A DNA stretch of 64,000 nt from the NCBI GenBank assembly GCA_030390025.1, contig CM059452.1, positions 8,370,001 to 8,434,000 on the forward strand, read 5' to 3'. Below, in pieces: positions 62,205-64,000 of this stretch. Source of the stretch: Squalus acanthias. Taxonomy: Eukaryota. The notes beneath the pieces were generated by a model. That model was given only the letters and a program-made list of their open reading frames with translations, made no database searches and was not told the origin of the DNA. Position numbers and translations under genes: made by a program. Numbering within the stretch: position 1 is the first letter of the stretch; each line of letters opens with the position of its first letter.

Positions 62205-63420
62205 TCCCCTCTCTCTGGTGGGCGAGTGGGGGTACAGTGGCTTCACAATTACCCTTTCCCCTCTCTGGTGGGGGAGTGGGGGGTACAGTCGGTTAACAAT
62301 TGCCCTTTCCCCTCTCTCTGGTGGGGGAGTGGGAGGTACAGTGGGTTAACAATTGCCCTTTCCCCTCTCTCTGGTGGGGGAGTGGGAGGTACAGTGGGTT
62401 AACAATTGCCCTTTCCTCTCTCTCTGGTGGGGAGTGTGGGTACAGTGGGTTAACAATTGCCCTTTCCCCTCTCTCTGGTGGGGGAGTGGGGGTACAGTGT
62501 GTTAACAATTGCCCTTTCCCCTCTCTCTGGTGGGGAGTGTGGGTACAGTGGGTTAACAATTGCCCTTTCTCCTCTCTCTGGTGGGGGAGTGGGAGGTACA
62601 GTGGGTTAACAATTGCCCTTTCCCCTCTCTCTGGTGGGGAGTGTGGGTACAGTGGGTTAACAATTGCCCTTTCCCCTCTCTCTGGTGGGGGAGTGTGGGT
62701 AGAGTGGGTTAACAATTGCCCTTTCCACTCTCTCTGGTGGAGGAGTGGGAGGTACAGTGGGTTAACAATTGCCCTTTCCCCTCTCTCTGGTGAGGGAGTG
62801 GGGGTACAGTGGGTTAACAATTGCCCTTTCCCCTCTCTCTGGTGGGGGAGTGGGGGGTACAGTGGGTTAACAATTCCCCTTTCCCCTCTCTCTGGTGGGG
62901 GAGTGGGGGGTACAGAGGGTTAACAATTGCCCTTTCCCCTCTCTCTGGTGGGGGAGTGGGGGGTACAGTGGGTTAACAATTCCCCTTTCCCCTCTCTCTG
63001 GTGGAGAAGTGGGTGTACAGTGGGTTAACAATTGCCCTTTCCCCTCTCTCTGGTGGGGGAGTGGGGGTACAGTGGCTTAACAATTGCCCTTTCCCCTCTC
63101 TCTGGTGGGGGAGTGGGGGTACAGTGGGTTAACAATTGCCCTTTCCCCTCTCTCTGGTGAGGGTGTGGGAGGTACAGTGGGTTAACAATTGCCCTTTCCC
63201 CTCTCTCTGGTGGGGGAGTGGGGGTACAGTGGGTTGACAATTGCCCTTTCCCCTCTCTCTGGTGGGGGAGTGGGGGTACAGCGGGTTAACAATTGCCCTT
63301 TCCACTCTCTCTGGTGGGGAAGTGGGGGGTACAGTGGGTTAATAATTGCTCTTTCCCCTCTCTCTGTAGGGGGAGTGGCATGTACAGTGGGTTAACAATT
63401 GCCCTTTCCCCTCTCTCTGC
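62205..63420. repeat. About 52-bp G-run minisatellite, about 23 copies
   Basis: Unit gggttaacaattgccctttcccctctctctggtgggggagtgggggtacagt. Confidence 0.95.
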
Positions 63421-63554
63421 TGGCGCAGTGGGTTTACAGTTCGTTTTCGTGTGTGGCCTCATTTCAGGTCCCCGAGAGTGCGATGCTGCAAATAAAACTG
63501 GCCCCAATTCTGAAGGGATGGACAACACGAGAAACAGGGACACCGAGATCTAAA

Positions 63555-63665
63555 ATCCGGAAACGTCCATAATTATCGCTTTTTTCAACCTGAGTGAGCT
63601 GCCGTGTACTACTGTGCACTGAGGCCCACAGTGAGAAGGGCCTCGGGACTCCTCGTAGATTAACC
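63555..63665 (+). pseudogene. GLSSGDSV-family V 3' fragment with RSS
   Basis: ..AVYYCALRP, cacagtg 63627-63633, 23 bp, agattaacc; CTCF-like ccaccaggtgacgc at 63708; flank matches V5 and V15. Confidence 0.85.
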
Positions 63666-64000
63666 TTGTTCTGTGAGATCACCTTAAACGAGATTCTTTA
63701 AACCCGGCCACCAGGTGACGCTGACTGAGCGCGGATTCTCACCGCCCGTTACCTGATATCAACAATACTGACTGACACTTTCTCAATATAAATTAACGTA
63801 AAATTGCTTTTGATATCATATTTATGCTTATTAATGTTATACATTCAATTACAGTTTTATAATTTCAGAAGTTAGTGAAGTATAAACGAGATGTGCGCCT
63901 CCAGAACCTTGGGTTCGTTTGCCGTTTTGCTCTATTTCCCACCGCCAGTTACAGCCCCTGGTTTTAACCCACTTTACTGATGAAGATATCGTTAACTTTT

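Noticed and set aside
62205-63420. Class-switch (S) region or protein-coding repeat ORFs
   Set aside because: The unit lacks AGCT motifs, sharks lack canonical S regions, and the ORFs are stop-free repeat artefacts.
1-64000. D, J or constant-region exons
   Set aside because: I found no 12-bp RSS, FGxG J motif or C1-set exon by eye; short or decayed ones could have been missed.

Overview
Vertebrate genomic DNA from a cartilaginous fish (shark-type CR1, HE1-like SINE and Penelope repeats; shark-type Ig TM sequence). It covers a dense array of T-cell receptor alpha/delta-type variable (V) segments: about 24 V genes or pseudogenes plus several fragments and orphan leader exons, in mixed orientation. 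About 12 look rearrangement-competent (leader, V exon, 22-24 bp-spacer RSS). No D, J or C exon was found, so alpha versus delta use cannot be decided here. The array was built by repeated, often inverted, duplication of a three-V cassette and is interrupted by CR1/L2 LINEs, Penelope-like elements carrying minimal hammerhead ribozymes, Harbinger-like non-autonomous DNA elements and minisatellites. There is one assembly gap. Main surprises: (1) an intact IgM-type heavy-chain transmembrane exon pair (TM1+TM2, minus strand, 60169-60445) among TCR V genes with no CH exon in view; (2) CTCF motifs at fixed distances just 3' of V RSSs; (3) an intronless leader-V gene that keeps a perfect germline RSS; (4) a V family with a fixed 24-bp RSS spacer; (5) recurrent deletions at RSS heptamers, a chimeric V and a leader swap. 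All coordinates were counted by hand and may be off by a few bases. V numbers (V1-V24) are local labels.
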